DNA of 39,459 nucleotides from a virus (lineage: Duplodnaviria; Caudoviricetes). How positions within the stretch are numbered: the first letter of the stretch is position 1; each line of letters begins with the position of its first letter. The notes beneath the pieces were generated by a model, which was not told the origin of the DNA, searched no databases, and saw only the letters and a program-made list of their open reading frames with translations. The position numbers were made by a program, and so were the translations under genes. Of this stretch, positions 24,129-34,379 are shown in pieces. The stretch lies in the IMG/VR virus record IMGVR_UViG_3300031953_000057, positions 1 through 39,459 of that record; one strand, written 5' to 3'.

Positions 24129-25210
24129 CAGATTTCCTCCGCAACAATCATTTGAACCTTGATCGGTCGTGTTGGATCCATCGGGATATCGATCGCGGAC
24201 ACCTCACCCAACACAGCACGTTTCTGCACCGGGTCACGCATCCACCCAAAGTCGCCCAACTCCAACAGCAACGCCTCAGGGGTGCACTCGACACTCACCA
24301 AACGTGAACGGCGCGAACTAACCCGTGCAAGGATCGTGTTTGCTGCAGCCTGAGCCGCAGCCACCGTTTCGTAAATGGGGGCAGAGTGCTTGTAGGTTCT
24401 CCCGCCGGCACGCCCCACAGATAGCGGGTTGCCGTCGTTGCTGATGCTTGCGTAAGCGACCACGTTCTTATTCGATGAGCTCGTAACCTGAACTTGGTTG
24501 TAGAACTCATCTGTAAGTTCCGACGACCACGAGATGGTGCCGTTGATGTCGAACACGGGAACTGTTGCTGTCAGCCACGCATCACGGGGGCGCGCAGTGA
24601 GGACACCTTCACGGGTTAGGTGAGGTGCACCACCAAGCAAAGCAAGCAGTGTTGTGATTGCCCCCAAACGTGAGTCGTACGTTGTTGCTGCAGGTACGGT
24701 CGCATCGCCCATCGTCTGCTGAACGGCTACAGGTGACAGTCGGCGAACTTCATCCCACACAGAGTTACCCGCAACAGGTGCATCAACGGACAAGAAGTCG
24801 TCATCACGGATCTGCTTGAAACGGTCAGAGAACCCCACCTCAACCGACCACCCAAGGACCGTGTTCGAGCGGTACCGTTCCGACTCATCACCAGCAGAAG
24901 TAATCCGGTACACCCCCAACGGAATGTTCCATGAGGAAGTACGAACGCGAACTGTGCGGAACAGGGCCAACTCTTGACCGTATGGGGCCAAGGGGTCAGT
25001 TTTGGATTTTGGTACTAACGAATTGCCAACACCAATGGCGGTAATGCTGCCTGATGCCTGAACTTCGCCCTCGGCCCGAAACGTAATCGAGCCCGAATCT
25101 TTCACCGTCACAGCAACCGACGCACCCTGATAACGAGCAACACCGGCAACACCACCGACCTGTGCCGATGACCGCAAAACAGTTTTCACTACCTCCGGGA
25201 AATCGAGCAT
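24128..25210 (-). CDS. minor tail protein (hub/Tal-like)
   Basis: PLAPYGQEL...IPLGVYRI, YNQVQV, LLELGD motifs; position. Confidence 0.8.
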   Translation of the reverse strand: MLDFPEVVKTVLRSSAQVGGVAGVARYQGASVAVTVKDSGSITFRAEGEVQASGSITAIGVGNSLVPKSKTDPLAPYGQELALFRTVRVRTSSWNIPLGVYRITSAGDESERYRSNTVLGWSVEVGFSDRFKQIRDDDFLSVDAPVAGNSVWDEVRRLSPVAVQQTMGDATVPAATTYDSRLGAITTLLALLGGAPHLTREGVLTARPRDAWLTATVPVFDINGTISWSSELTDEFYNQVQVTSSSNKNVVAYASISNDGNPLSVGRAGGRTYKHSAPIYETVAAAQAAANTILARVSSRRSRLVSVECTPEALLLELGDFGWMRDPVQKRAVLGEVSAIDIPMDPTRPIKVQMIVAEEI

Positions 25211-26014
25211 TTAGACCTCCGGTGGTGGTGACTGTTTCGCCTGCAAATAGGTTGTGTAAACGGCTTTAGCAGCCGCATAGGTAGCGAACGCAGCCTTGAA
25301 CCGGGCATACGTGACCACAGCTTCGATGATGTCGAGCAGCAGTGGGGAAACTTCCTGTGCGGACAGCTCCCAACGAATCCACGAACCACCCGTATCAACA
25401 TCAACAGGTGTTTGCACTGCACCCGCCGTGACCCCATAGAAGAGAGGTGGCAGGCGAACAATGTTCGGCATTGTGCGAATCAGGAACGGTGCCTCAGCAA
25501 GAACATCCTCCAGCATGTCCGCCTGCGCAATGGTGCGAGTTGACACGTTGATCGGAACATCCGACCGCAACCCCAACTCACCCATCAACGCAACCGTCCG
25601 CCCGCCCGCGTTATACACAGACACTGCACGACGGCGCCCAACATCAGACGCAAACGACGGGGGCGCATCGACCTTCACGAAACGTTTAGGGGCCAACGGA
25701 TCCTGAATGACAATGAACTGCGGGTCAGAATCAACCTGCGTCACAGCATCACCAGACAACCCCAGCGACGTACCGGCAGCATCAAAATACTCTGCACGGT
25801 ACGTCACCGGAACACCCAGCGGCACCTGAAAGTCGGTGACAAAGAAACCACCAGAAACAGGTGCCCGGTTTGCGTTACGCACCGCCGACTGAACATCCGC
25901 AATCGAATAGACACTAATAAACGCAGCACCAACAGGTGGACTCGTGACGGTAATGTCAACACGCTCCGGTAGTGACGCATCCCCAGCAAGAGGGACGAGT
26001 GAGATCGTAGCCAT
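25211..26014 (-). CDS. minor tail protein (Dit-like)
   Basis: TDFQVPLGVPVTYRAE; immediately after the tape measure gene. Confidence 0.8.
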   Translation of the reverse strand: MATISLVPLAGDASLPERVDITVTSPPVGAAFISVYSIADVQSAVRNANRAPVSGGFFVTDFQVPLGVPVTYRAEYFDAAGTSLGLSGDAVTQVDSDPQFIVIQDPLAPKRFVKVDAPPSFASDVGRRRAVSVYNAGGRTVALMGELGLRSDVPINVSTRTIAQADMLEDVLAEAPFLIRTMPNIVRLPPLFYGVTAGAVQTPVDVDTGGSWIRWELSAQEVSPLLLDIIEAVVTYARFKAAFATYAAAKAVYTTYLQAKQSPPPEV

Positions 26015-28795
26015 TTAGAACCCCCTCGAGCCTTGATTGCGAACGCCATCCTGCTTGCGATCGTTTTGCAGAATCTGAACATCGACATACTTCAACAGAT
26101 CGACACCACCCTTCTGGGACAAAACAACCTCAACCGACGTGCCAGCACCTGACGAATAACCACCACCAGAACCACCACGCGGCGCATACTGAACAACGCC
26201 ACCATCAGCGAACCCATGCGCACCAAGACGTTTCCCGGTCTCAGCCCAAATATCGAGCGACCGGGCACGCTTCGATGCAGCCAACGGAATGTACGACTCA
26301 CCACCCGTTTCCGGTTCAGCCCACACACGCCACGAACCTGCCGGCGCTATCTGCGCAACATGGTTCTCGCGCACGCCACCGTTCGCATAAAAGTCCATCA
26401 CTGAACCGTTTGCGTTATAGGCGGCACCAACAGACCCACGAGAAGCGCCAGTCTGCTTGACAACCTGATTGATAACCACGTCACGCTGTCCCGGAATGTT
26501 ATTGAGAGCGGCAACGAAAGCACTAATGTCCAGCTTTGCCTTGTCTGCATTCAGATTCATCAGCGTTGTTATGTTGTCGGGGATCAACCCAAGTTCATCC
26601 GCATACGCCTCTGCAGCGTCTCCCGTGATGCCGAACTGGGCAAGGTTTTTGATCAGTTCCTCACGGCCCGCTTTCATCGCGGCCGCAGCTTCGCCCTCTG
26701 AGCCAGTACGCTCGTATGTTGCAGCCGCCAACTCGAGGGTCGACTTCGCAATATCATCGAGAGCTGACTCGTTCGCACGCCCCGCATCAGTGTCAGCCTC
26801 AAGGCTCAGACCGTTGTCCTTTACAGATTCCGTCAGCGAGTCATATGCTGCCTCAAGGTTCCGGTTGGCTTCACGAACATCCAGTGTTGCTGAACCAAAC
26901 CCGCGAATCGTGTCCGCGAGGTCTTCAACAGCACCAGCGGTCGAATCGGCTTTTCCCTCAAGTGCATCGAGAGCGGAGGTGTGTTCCTCCGCAGCACGAC
27001 TCGCCTCACCATCGACTGAGGATTTCTGCTTCGTGACACGAGCAGCCTCATCGATCGCTTCAGTGGAGCCAAGTACAGCATCCATGATTGCGTTCGACGC
27101 ATCCGTATATTCCCCGGCCTTACCCCCGGCTTCCTCCCAAGCCTTTGTCGATTCCTCCACGCTCCCGGCAGCAAGCGGCAACTGTGCTTCGAGCTCAGCC
27201 ATTGCTTCGGCGTTACCCAATGCTGCTTCAGTGACCAGATCAATACTGATCCCAAGCTTCTTCGCGGAATCGTAGACAGAATCTTGCTCGAATAGGCCAA
27301 AGGTTGAGTTCTTTACCGAAAGGTTCGACTTCACCAGTTCACGGGTTGAGTCCTGGACTGCTCCCGTTTGCTGATCCAAAGTATCCGAGAATGCTTGCGT
27401 TTTAGCTTTCGCATCAGCCTGAGCGCCAGCAAAGATTGCTAGAGCAACCGCGCCGGCAGCAAACGCAATACCGATCGGCCCAGCAGCCGCAGTAAGAGCA
27501 GCCCCAGCCTTCTGAGCATTCGGGCCCATCGTCAGCAGGGCAGCATTGAACGCCGCCACCTTGGGTGCACCCACAAGGAACGCCCCACCAGCAAGAAGAG
27601 CCGCCGCAGCCAAAGCACCAACAGCCAGCGCCACAGCCTTCACGGGCTCCGGTGCAGCATTGTAGAGGTCAACAAGGTTCGTCAACGTCTGAGTCATAAA
27701 CCGCAAAACTTCATTCGCAGCAGTGCCAGTCGTGATCAGTGCAGTATCGAACGCACCACCCAACTGCTCCACATCACCCTTGAGGTTGTCGAGACGGTCA
27801 CGCGCAACCTGTGCCGCATAACCCGAATCCTCAACCGCAGCAGTCCACTCAGCAACACCCTCAGCACCATCCTGATAGAGGACTCGTGCCGCGGTGATCT
27901 GCTGGTTGCCGAACAGAACACCCAACGACATATCACGTTGCTCATCAGTCAGCCCCGTGTACGCCTTCGACAGTTCGCCGGCAGCATTCTCCATACCAAG
28001 GAAGCCACCCTCAGCGTCGTACAAGTTGATACCAAGCTTCTCCATCTCCTTGTTCGCCAACTTCGACGGCGACGTAAGAGAGGACAACATCCCACGCAGC
28101 GACGTACCAGCCTGCTCACCAATGATTCCCTGCTGAGCAAACAGCGCCAAAACACCAGTGGTTTCCTCAAGCGAAATACCCATCGACTTAGCGACCGGGC
28201 CAACGAACTTCAGGCCATTAGCAAGATCCTCAACCGAACCCAAAGCCTTACCGGCACCAGCAGCGAGAGTGTCAGCCACCCGCGCCGCCTGGTTGCCCTC
28301 GAGACCGAACTGTTGCAACGTGATAGCCGTAATCTCGGCAGCACGAGCAATCTCCAACTGTCCCGCAGACGCAAGGTCAAGCGAACCAGCCAACGCACCA
28401 GAAAGAATGTCAGCAGTGGAGAGGCCAGCCTTACCAAGTTCCTCGATCGCATTGGCCGCTTCAGTGGCAGTAAATACAGATGATGCACCAAAATCTAGTG
28501 CAGCCTCACGAAGCAACTTCTGATTCTCGGCAGTCTCCTGCATGACCGCGTTGACGTTCGACATTGCTTGGTCGAACTCGGCAGCTTTCACAATTGCAAG
28601 ACCGATACCGGCCGCAATAACCGAACCCATAACGAAAGCGGTGCGGCCCAAAAGTTCCAGAGCCTGCTTCTTCTCGGCAAGCTTCGTAGCCTCTTCGCGA
28701 GCCTTCTTCGTAGCCTTGGAAGCGTCCGCCATGCCCGCGATATAGTTCGCAACTTTGGCCTCCAACGAGACCGTGACAACTCTTTCGCCAGCCAT
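26015..28795 (-). CDS. tape measure protein
   Basis: 926 aa, Ala-rich, FDQAMSNV...AGTSLRGML core, WAEPETGGESYIPL motif. Confidence 0.95.
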   Translation of the reverse strand: MAGERVVTVSLEAKVANYIAGMADASKATKKAREEATKLAEKKQALELLGRTAFVMGSVIAAGIGLAIVKAAEFDQAMSNVNAVMQETAENQKLLREAALDFGASSVFTATEAANAIEELGKAGLSTADILSGALAGSLDLASAGQLEIARAAEITAITLQQFGLEGNQAARVADTLAAGAGKALGSVEDLANGLKFVGPVAKSMGISLEETTGVLALFAQQGIIGEQAGTSLRGMLSSLTSPSKLANKEMEKLGINLYDAEGGFLGMENAAGELSKAYTGLTDEQRDMSLGVLFGNQQITAARVLYQDGAEGVAEWTAAVEDSGYAAQVARDRLDNLKGDVEQLGGAFDTALITTGTAANEVLRFMTQTLTNLVDLYNAAPEPVKAVALAVGALAAAALLAGGAFLVGAPKVAAFNAALLTMGPNAQKAGAALTAAAGPIGIAFAAGAVALAIFAGAQADAKAKTQAFSDTLDQQTGAVQDSTRELVKSNLSVKNSTFGLFEQDSVYDSAKKLGISIDLVTEAALGNAEAMAELEAQLPLAAGSVEESTKAWEEAGGKAGEYTDASNAIMDAVLGSTEAIDEAARVTKQKSSVDGEASRAAEEHTSALDALEGKADSTAGAVEDLADTIRGFGSATLDVREANRNLEAAYDSLTESVKDNGLSLEADTDAGRANESALDDIAKSTLELAAATYERTGSEGEAAAAMKAGREELIKNLAQFGITGDAAEAYADELGLIPDNITTLMNLNADKAKLDISAFVAALNNIPGQRDVVINQVVKQTGASRGSVGAAYNANGSVMDFYANGGVRENHVAQIAPAGSWRVWAEPETGGESYIPLAASKRARSLDIWAETGKRLGAHGFADGGVVQYAPRGGSGGGYSSGAGTSVEVVLSQKGGVDLLKYVDVQILQNDRKQDGVRNQGSRGF

Positions 28796-28820
28796 GTAAA
28801 CCTCCGAGGTTATTGTTCAG

Positions 28821-29531
28821 TTATGCGATGCGTGCCCCTTTGGAGAGGTTGCATCCGAGGTGTGCCGATTGGCAGTTTGAGTAGGAATGAACGCCGCCGC
28901 GTGCTAGAGGTATCCGATGATCGATACTTCGACTCATGGGGTCCGGCGATCTTGCCGAGCGATCAATCGGCTGATCGCATAGCTGGCATATCCACCCGTC
29001 GCGTTCCAAGACGACCTCACGCTCAACGTTCTCCACGAATGCGGCGATCTTTCGCGCTCGGTAGCTTGCCGAAGAGTCAAATGATTTCGATTTGTTCGAG
29101 GCATACCATTTGCGAGTAGCCGCGTTGGCCTCTTCTCGCCCGCGCATTGCAAGGTTGTAGCGATTTATGGATGCTTCGCGCGCCTTAGTGCAAGCCTGCG
29201 AGCAGCAGTAGGTTGCTCGCGTCCGCGGAACGAACTGAGATGAACACTGGATGCAGTGGATCGTTGGGAGTGGGACCACCTCAGGCAGAGGCTTTGCACG
29301 CTTCTTCGATGCGACGCACGCCCGACAGTAAGCACTATTCGTCGTGTAATTCCCGACCCGAACGTCTTCAGAGCACGAGGGGCATATTTTGCGTCCGTCT
29401 CGAATCTCGCCCCTGATGCGGTAATTCGCGTCTCCGTAGCGACGGAATCGCGTGTAGTGCCTGGTGCACCAACCTCGCGCCACTATGCGATCGTCATCGC
29501 ATCCATCGAGCGCGCATGTGCGATTAGCCAT
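28821..29531 (-). CDS. free-standing HNH endonuclease
   Basis: RGWC..HY.R, RDGWICQLC, SIDHRIPLARGG.H...N...AH..CN. Confidence 0.9.
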   Translation of the reverse strand: MANRTCALDGCDDDRIVARGWCTRHYTRFRRYGDANYRIRGEIRDGRKICPSCSEDVRVGNYTTNSAYCRACVASKKRAKPLPEVVPLPTIHCIQCSSQFVPRTRATYCCSQACTKAREASINRYNLAMRGREEANAATRKWYASNKSKSFDSSASYRARKIAAFVENVEREVVLERDGWICQLCDQPIDRSARSPDPMSRSIDHRIPLARGGVHSYSNCQSAHLGCNLSKGARIA

Positions 29532-29577
29532 GATCGGGGCCTCGCTTTCAATGTGGAGTTATCGGTAGAATTGAGGT

Positions 29578-29994
29578 ATGCGCAAAATTGCTCTCACCGC
29601 AGTCGCCCTGCTCGTACTGACCGGGTGCGCAACAACAGCGCCAGACGTTGTGCCGGAAGAACCCACAGCACCAATCGACACAGCCGACACGATGGCCTTC
29701 TGTGAAAAGTTTGTTGACAGCCTCAGCGACTACGCGAGCTTTCTTGGTGATATAAGCACCGCCGACATCAACGAATCGGTATACAAAATTCAGCTATCCC
29801 GCATGGAAGCAATGGAAGAAGTTGCCCCCGCGGATGCTCAAGGGATGCTCGAGCAGTACGCAGACCCCATCTACCAAATCAAAGAGGTAGTGGAGGCTGG
29901 CGGGGGCGAACTCACCATCAACACGAACGCTTACAAGACGGCGAACGTGGAACTCATTGCTTACTGTGCAGATGCCGGCTATTCGGGCAGCTGA
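29578..29994 (+). CDS. lipoprotein (moron)
   Basis: Signal peptide with lipobox LTGC; TAGAAT -10 6 nt before ATG; opposite strand to tail genes. Confidence 0.85.
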   Translation: MRKIALTAVALLVLTGCATTAPDVVPEEPTAPIDTADTMAFCEKFVDSLSDYASFLGDISTADINESVYKIQLSRMEAMEEVAPADAQGMLEQYADPIYQIKEVVEAGGGELTINTNAYKTANVELIAYCADAGYSGS

Positions 29995-30994
29995 TCCACT
30001 AGCTTCTTGACCGGGAAGATGAGCCCGTTGAGATTGGCATTTTCGCCAGCCTCTTTCTTCCACTCATCAATACGGTCAAGCCTTGTCTTCTCAGCCCAGT
30101 CCGTCACGGGATTCTCGGCAACATACCTGTAGCCGCCGTCGTACTCATTGGGGTTAGCGCGGCTGTCCGTAGCCTCAGACATCGGATGCCCGTGAGGGCC
30201 AAGGTCTGCCGTGTGACGCGCATAAGCAAGCATCAAAGCGACCTGCTCATCATCAAACTCCGACTCGCGATACTCCACAGTCTGGATGAGTCGCCCCGCA
30301 TCATCACGAACAAACTCTGTGACAGTGCGAGGCTCCCAACCATCCAAACGCTTTGGAGCAACCCTGAGATGTGAAGCTAGAGCTAAACGTTCCCGGAGCG
30401 CGCTTTCGCTCCGAATGCTTTTCCCATTGCCGCCAACTGAATCTTCGGCATGTACTCGTTGAGTCCCCAGATCGTGTTACGGATACTGGTGACCTCATGG
30501 CCCGTTAGCGCCTCAAAAAGGTCTTCCCACTCGTTTACCCCGGCGATATTCTCGGACGGTTTCGCGGCAACGTACTTGAGCGGGAACTCTTCGCCATTCT
30601 CAATACGCACGGCATAGTGACGACCAGACTTATCAACGAAACGTGCAGCGTGAGCGGCCACCGCATCGAAGTTATAGCCGCAATCCTCATCGATCGGAAC
30701 ATAGGGACGCGGCGGGTGCTGCGAGGTGAGCGCAGACCAATCCGAACCCCGCAACTGGGTAAACCGCAAAGTGATAATCGAATCACCCGCGGACGCTTCG
30801 AGCTCATCCAATTCCTTCTGCGCATCATCGGCAGGAGACGAACCAGTCAGACGCGGGTCAGGGTTGGGCGCCTCGATAATCTCCTTGAGGCGTTTCCGCT
30901 CATTGGAAAGATCCTCAGCAAGCAATACCTGAACATCAGCAGTAGGACGCTTAGCAGCCTTCTTCGCCGCAAGCTTCTCTTCAAAAGTAGACAT
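29979..30994 (-). CDS. tail assembly chaperone, -1 frameshifted long form
   Basis: Slippery GGGAAAA at 30419-30425; the -1 frame reads SIRSESALRERLAL...LDGWEPR into ORF 29979..30347. Confidence 0.85.
30383..30994 (-). CDS. tail assembly chaperone, short form
   Basis: W..L..QHPPR motif; follows the tail tube gene. Confidence 0.85.
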   Translation of the reverse strand: MSTFEEKLAAKKAAKRPTADVQVLLAEDLSNERKRLKEIIEAPNPDPRLTGSSPADDAQKELDELEASAGDSIITLRFTQLRGSDWSALTSQHPPRPYVPIDEDCGYNFDAVAAHAARFVDKSGRHYAVRIENGEEFPLKYVAAKPSENIAGVNEWEDLFEALTGHEVTSIRNTIWGLNEYMPKIQLAAMGKAFGAKARSGNV

Positions 30995-31077
30995 AACAAA
31001 CCTTTCACCGTTTCACCGTGACGAAAGTTGAAACCTGCCGGGATGCACGGTGAGAACACCCCGGCAGGAGGTTTTAG

Positions 31078-31587
31078 CTAAACCGCGAGAACGCCCTTAG
31101 TGACACTGCCCACAGCGGTCTCCTGCTTAATGCGGAACTTGCCCGTACCATCAGGAGTCGTACTGATCTGCGCACCCAAAGTCACCGAGTAAGTGATGAC
31201 CTTCTGTGCAGCCGCAGCAAGAGTCGTCTGAGGAATATTGCGACGCTCCACAAGGAACCCCGTCTGCCCCTCAACGAGAACTACCGCACCAGAACCAGCA
31301 GTGGTCGAATCCACGTACTCGAGCGACAGCGTGCGGGTCGTCTTGCCCAGCGATTCGCGCGACTGCGGCGAAGTCAGGCGGTCATCGGCAAGCTTCTCCT
31401 GAGTACCATCAGGCGTCCAGCCACCGGGAACGAATGAGTAGGTGACGCGGTAAGCAGTAGCGGCACCAATCTCAGTCGCAGCCTTAGGGGCGGCGAGGTC
31501 AGAAATTGCCGGAACCCACCACACGGTGAGGTTGCCGGTTTGGTCAACAGCGGGCGGGCCGCCAAACAACTCTGGGGAGTCAGCCAT
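31078..31587 (-). CDS. major tail (tube) protein
   Basis: GN..VWWVPAI.D..AP...EI, D.RL...Q..E.LG; GAAAGG RBS. Confidence 0.85.
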   Translation of the reverse strand: MADSPELFGGPPAVDQTGNLTVWWVPAISDLAAPKAATEIGAATAYRVTYSFVPGGWTPDGTQEKLADDRLTSPQSRESLGKTTRTLSLEYVDSTTAGSGAVVLVEGQTGFLVERRNIPQTTLAAAAQKVITYSVTLGAQISTTPDGTGKFRIKQETAVGSVTKGVLAV

Positions 31588-31663
31588 AATGTTTCCTTTC
31601 GTCTCCCCGAGTTTCGGGGTGTTCAGTTGACCCTCAGAGGGACTGAGGGAGTAAATGGGCAAC

Positions 31664-31692
31664 AAAAAAGACCAGCCACAATGACTGGTCTT
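31664..31692 (-). terminator. intrinsic terminator inside the late operon
   Basis: AAGACCAGT-cattgt-GGCTGGTCTT then TTTT. Confidence 0.7.
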
Positions 31693-31707
31693 GCGTGTTG
31701 CAAATAG

Positions 31708-32130
31708 TTAGACGCGGGAGCTTTTGAGGCTCAACTCAACGTCGGTATAAAAAAGTGGTGGGCTCACATTGTCGTCAGTCTGCACAGGGTCAGAACCCTC
31801 GAAACCAAGCGGGCCACAAGCACGCCCAGCAACCACAGGAACGCCCCCTACAGCCATGAACACACGACCAGCGAGGGTTCGTGCACCATCCGCAGTAACA
31901 GACACACAGCGCGCCGTATAGCCATAGTCAGCATCCGACGCAGCAACCTGTGGAGCGGTCAAACGGTCATCATCCAACGAGTCAGGGCCACCACCAAACA
32001 GGACAACATACGTCGCACGCACAAGCTCACCAGTGGCACTCGTCAACACCGAATCGACAACCTGAACAGCAGCCGGAACCTCAGCCACAATCAGGGTTCG
32101 CACGGCCGCAAAATGTTCCTGAATCATCAC
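31708..32130 (-). CDS. tail terminator protein
   Basis: Position; YVVL...D..V.PPLFY. Confidence 0.75.
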   Translation of the reverse strand: MMIQEHFAAVRTLIVAEVPAAVQVVDSVLTSATGELVRATYVVLFGGGPDSLDDDRLTAPQVAASDADYGYTARCVSVTADGARTLAGRVFMAVGGVPVVAGRACGPLGFEGSDPVQTDDNVSPPLFYTDVELSLKSSRV

Positions 32131-32564
32131 AACCCCAAACGTTTCAGTGTCTGATCGATAGCCTTCTGGACACCCTTCTCGAGATCCTTGATTGCAAACT
32201 TCTCAGCCTTAGGACGCGCACGAGAAGGAGTGACGGATATGCCACCAGATGACTGCGGATCATCGAAAATACCGAACGATGGAGTTAGGCCACCCGGGCC
32301 AGTCTTGCCACCGTAGCGGGCCAAGTTCGGGCCAATCTCGACAGCATAAACACCCTGCCCGAAACCGCCGTACTCCTTCAGCGTGTAGTCGATCGTCGGC
32401 GCATATTGGGCACCCATCGGCCCCTTCTTGGCATCGGCAGCCCACGACTTCTTTGTGTTCATCGCCGCTTGCTGGACAATCTGTGAAGCCTGCAAGTTGT
32501 CGATGTTCGCAGCCTCAGTGAGATCGAGGCTCAACTTGTCGAGCTGGGAAAAATCGTCACTCAC
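32127..32564 (-). CDS. neck protein (HK97 gp10-like)
   Basis: Position; A.N.KK.W...TIDY...EIGP. Confidence 0.7.
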   Translation of the reverse strand: MSDDFSQLDKLSLDLTEAANIDNLQASQIVQQAAMNTKKSWAADAKKGPMGAQYAPTIDYTLKEYGGFGQGVYAVEIGPNLARYGGKTGPGGLTPSFGIFDDPQSSGGISVTPSRARPKAEKFAIKDLEKGVQKAIDQTLKRLGL

Positions 32565-32965
32565 GATAGGAACTCCAAAATGAAACGTGCCGCGGTCGCC
32601 TGGGAGCCATTGGCTAGACCAGCGATGCGATACCTTCGCCCGACCATTGCGGGGTTACCCGTGTCTGGATCAGCCGCCGTGTAAACCATCTCGGCATCAG
32701 TGCGAATCGACCCACCAGCAGAAACGGGAACACTCAGCACCAGCGATTGATCAGCGAACGTCTGTGTGCCAGCTTCACGCTCAGCAACTGCATTGGAATC
32801 AGAAGAAACCCGACATTTGCCGCTGTACTGTTCGTTGACCAATGTCTTGATCGTCTCGAATGTCACCGGGTCAACGGCTTCCTCGAACGTGCCAACGTCG
32901 CACGAGTCCAACATGCGCCACTCCGCGAGGTCGCGGCCACGCTTAATCATTCTTGAGAGGCGCAT
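32561..32965 (-). CDS. head-to-tail stopper
   Basis: GR..AE..M.D.C...Y.GKCRV...S..TA.R; AGGAG RBS. Confidence 0.8.
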   Translation of the reverse strand: MRLSRMIKRGRDLAEWRMLDSCDVGTFEEAVDPVTFETIKTLVNEQYSGKCRVSSDSNAVAEREAGTQTFADQSLVLSVPVSAGGSIRTDAEMVYTAADPDTGNPAMVGRRYRIAGLANGSQATAARFILEFLS

Positions 32966-32975
32966 GTCAGAACTC

Positions 32976-33437
32976 CTAATACCAAGGGAACAAAACGTCA
33001 GGCGTGCCAGTCGGAACCCAACCAGCACTAGGCGCAGCAGACTCAACACGAGTCGTACCAACAGAGCCCAAACCGCGAAAACCAGACGTGCGAAACAGAA
33101 CAAGCATCCGCTTCTCGGAAGCCGTCAAATAGGCGCCAGACTCATCAACTTTCCACGCCTCTGAATAGTCATCCAGGCCACCCCGCGTTTGCGCGTTACG
33201 GTTATCAAAAACCCGCGACGCACAATACAAAGTGACCATGACCGCATCTTCTGGGACGGTGGCTACTAAGTCGCCGGCATCGTCCAACCACGTCTGCCCT
33301 GATTCTTTACGAACCAGAGCAGACGCGATACGCAGACAAAGCTCAGCGCGCTTCTCTTCAGGACTGTCAGCCGTTATCGGCTCACCCATCCAGTCAGAGA
33401 GCTCAGTAACCCCGGCCAGTGTTGCCGGGGCTGCCAT
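32976..33437 (-). CDS. head-to-tail adaptor
   Basis: LA...EL...RAE..L..ASALVR...G.TW...YLT..E...L. Confidence 0.8.
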   Translation of the reverse strand: MAAPATLAGVTELSDWMGEPITADSPEEKRAELCLRIASALVRKESGQTWLDDAGDLVATVPEDAVMVTLYCASRVFDNRNAQTRGGLDDYSEAWKVDESGAYLTASEKRMLVLFRTSGFRGLGSVGTTRVESAAPSAGWVPTGTPDVLFPWY

Positions 33438-33439
33438 TG

Positions 33440-34330
33440 CTAAGCCGCGACGGTAACGGAAACGGCGCGGTTGGCGTCGAGCGTTGCCGCACCGAAGAAC
33501 GTGTCCACAACGGACTGATCTTCGAGCTGCAGGGGGTTGTAGTGCTGGATCCAACGCAGCGAGAAACCATCCTGTGCAACGGTGGCCGACTTGGCGGCAC
33601 CCTCAGGCTGGCGCGAAGGGCGCGTGACGTGAGCAAACGCATCACGGTGGTACGCAACACCGAAGTCCGACGCAAGAGCCGGGTCAGCAATGATGTTGAA
33701 GCCGAACAGGCGACCGATGGTGGCGTTACGGAGAACCTCCGATGTGCCAGCCTCGTTGACCTTCTGAAGCTGAGGAAGGCTAAGAAGCGCGGCCTCGATG
33801 TCAGAACCAACAGCGAACGTGCGACCCTCGGTGGAGATGTGACGGTCGTTCAGAACCTGACGTGCCTTGATCAGCACCTGCAGAATGTTCGAGCCGTTCG
33901 CAAGCATTGCCGGGATAGCGGCATCCGTAGCAATGGCCGACATCTCCGCAACGAGCGGAGCAGCAAGGCCATCAACAACAGACTCGGCCTGCGGGCGGAG
34001 AACCTGACGAGTCAGATCCTTCAGCGTGAACGTCGCAAAGTCGTCAGGAAGACGAACAGCGTTGTAAATCTGGTCCTCGAGGGTTACGGGGAACCAAGTC
34101 TCCGTCAGGTCGTTGAACCCGATCGCAGCACGCGCGGTACGGTTCGCCTTGGTGTAAATCTTGGCGGTACCAGCACTGATGGGGTTGAGAACGTTGACCG
34201 TCTGGCCTGCACCAGCAACGAACTCGGTCGAGAAGTCCTGACGCACGGTGCGCGGCAGGTTCGAGAGCCAACGGAGCGACGCAAGAGTCGCCTTCGCTGC
34301 CTGCTCAGGGGTGTAAAGAGTGTTCGCCAC
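33440..34330 (-). CDS. major capsid protein
   Basis: V.QDFS.EF...G.TVNV, QVL.PQ..SV, LR.A.IGRLFGF; AAGGAGG RBS. Confidence 0.9.
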   Translation of the reverse strand: MANTLYTPEQAAKATLASLRWLSNLPRTVRQDFSTEFVAGAGQTVNVLNPISAGTAKIYTKANRTARAAIGFNDLTETWFPVTLEDQIYNAVRLPDDFATFTLKDLTRQVLRPQAESVVDGLAAPLVAEMSAIATDAAIPAMLANGSNILQVLIKARQVLNDRHISTEGRTFAVGSDIEAALLSLPQLQKVNEAGTSEVLRNATIGRLFGFNIIADPALASDFGVAYHRDAFAHVTRPSRQPEGAAKSATVAQDGFSLRWIQHYNPLQLEDQSVVDTFFGAATLDANRAVSVTVAA

Positions 34331-34379
34331 GATGGGCCTCCTTGGTTAAATACGAAAAGCACCACCGAATGGCAGTGCT

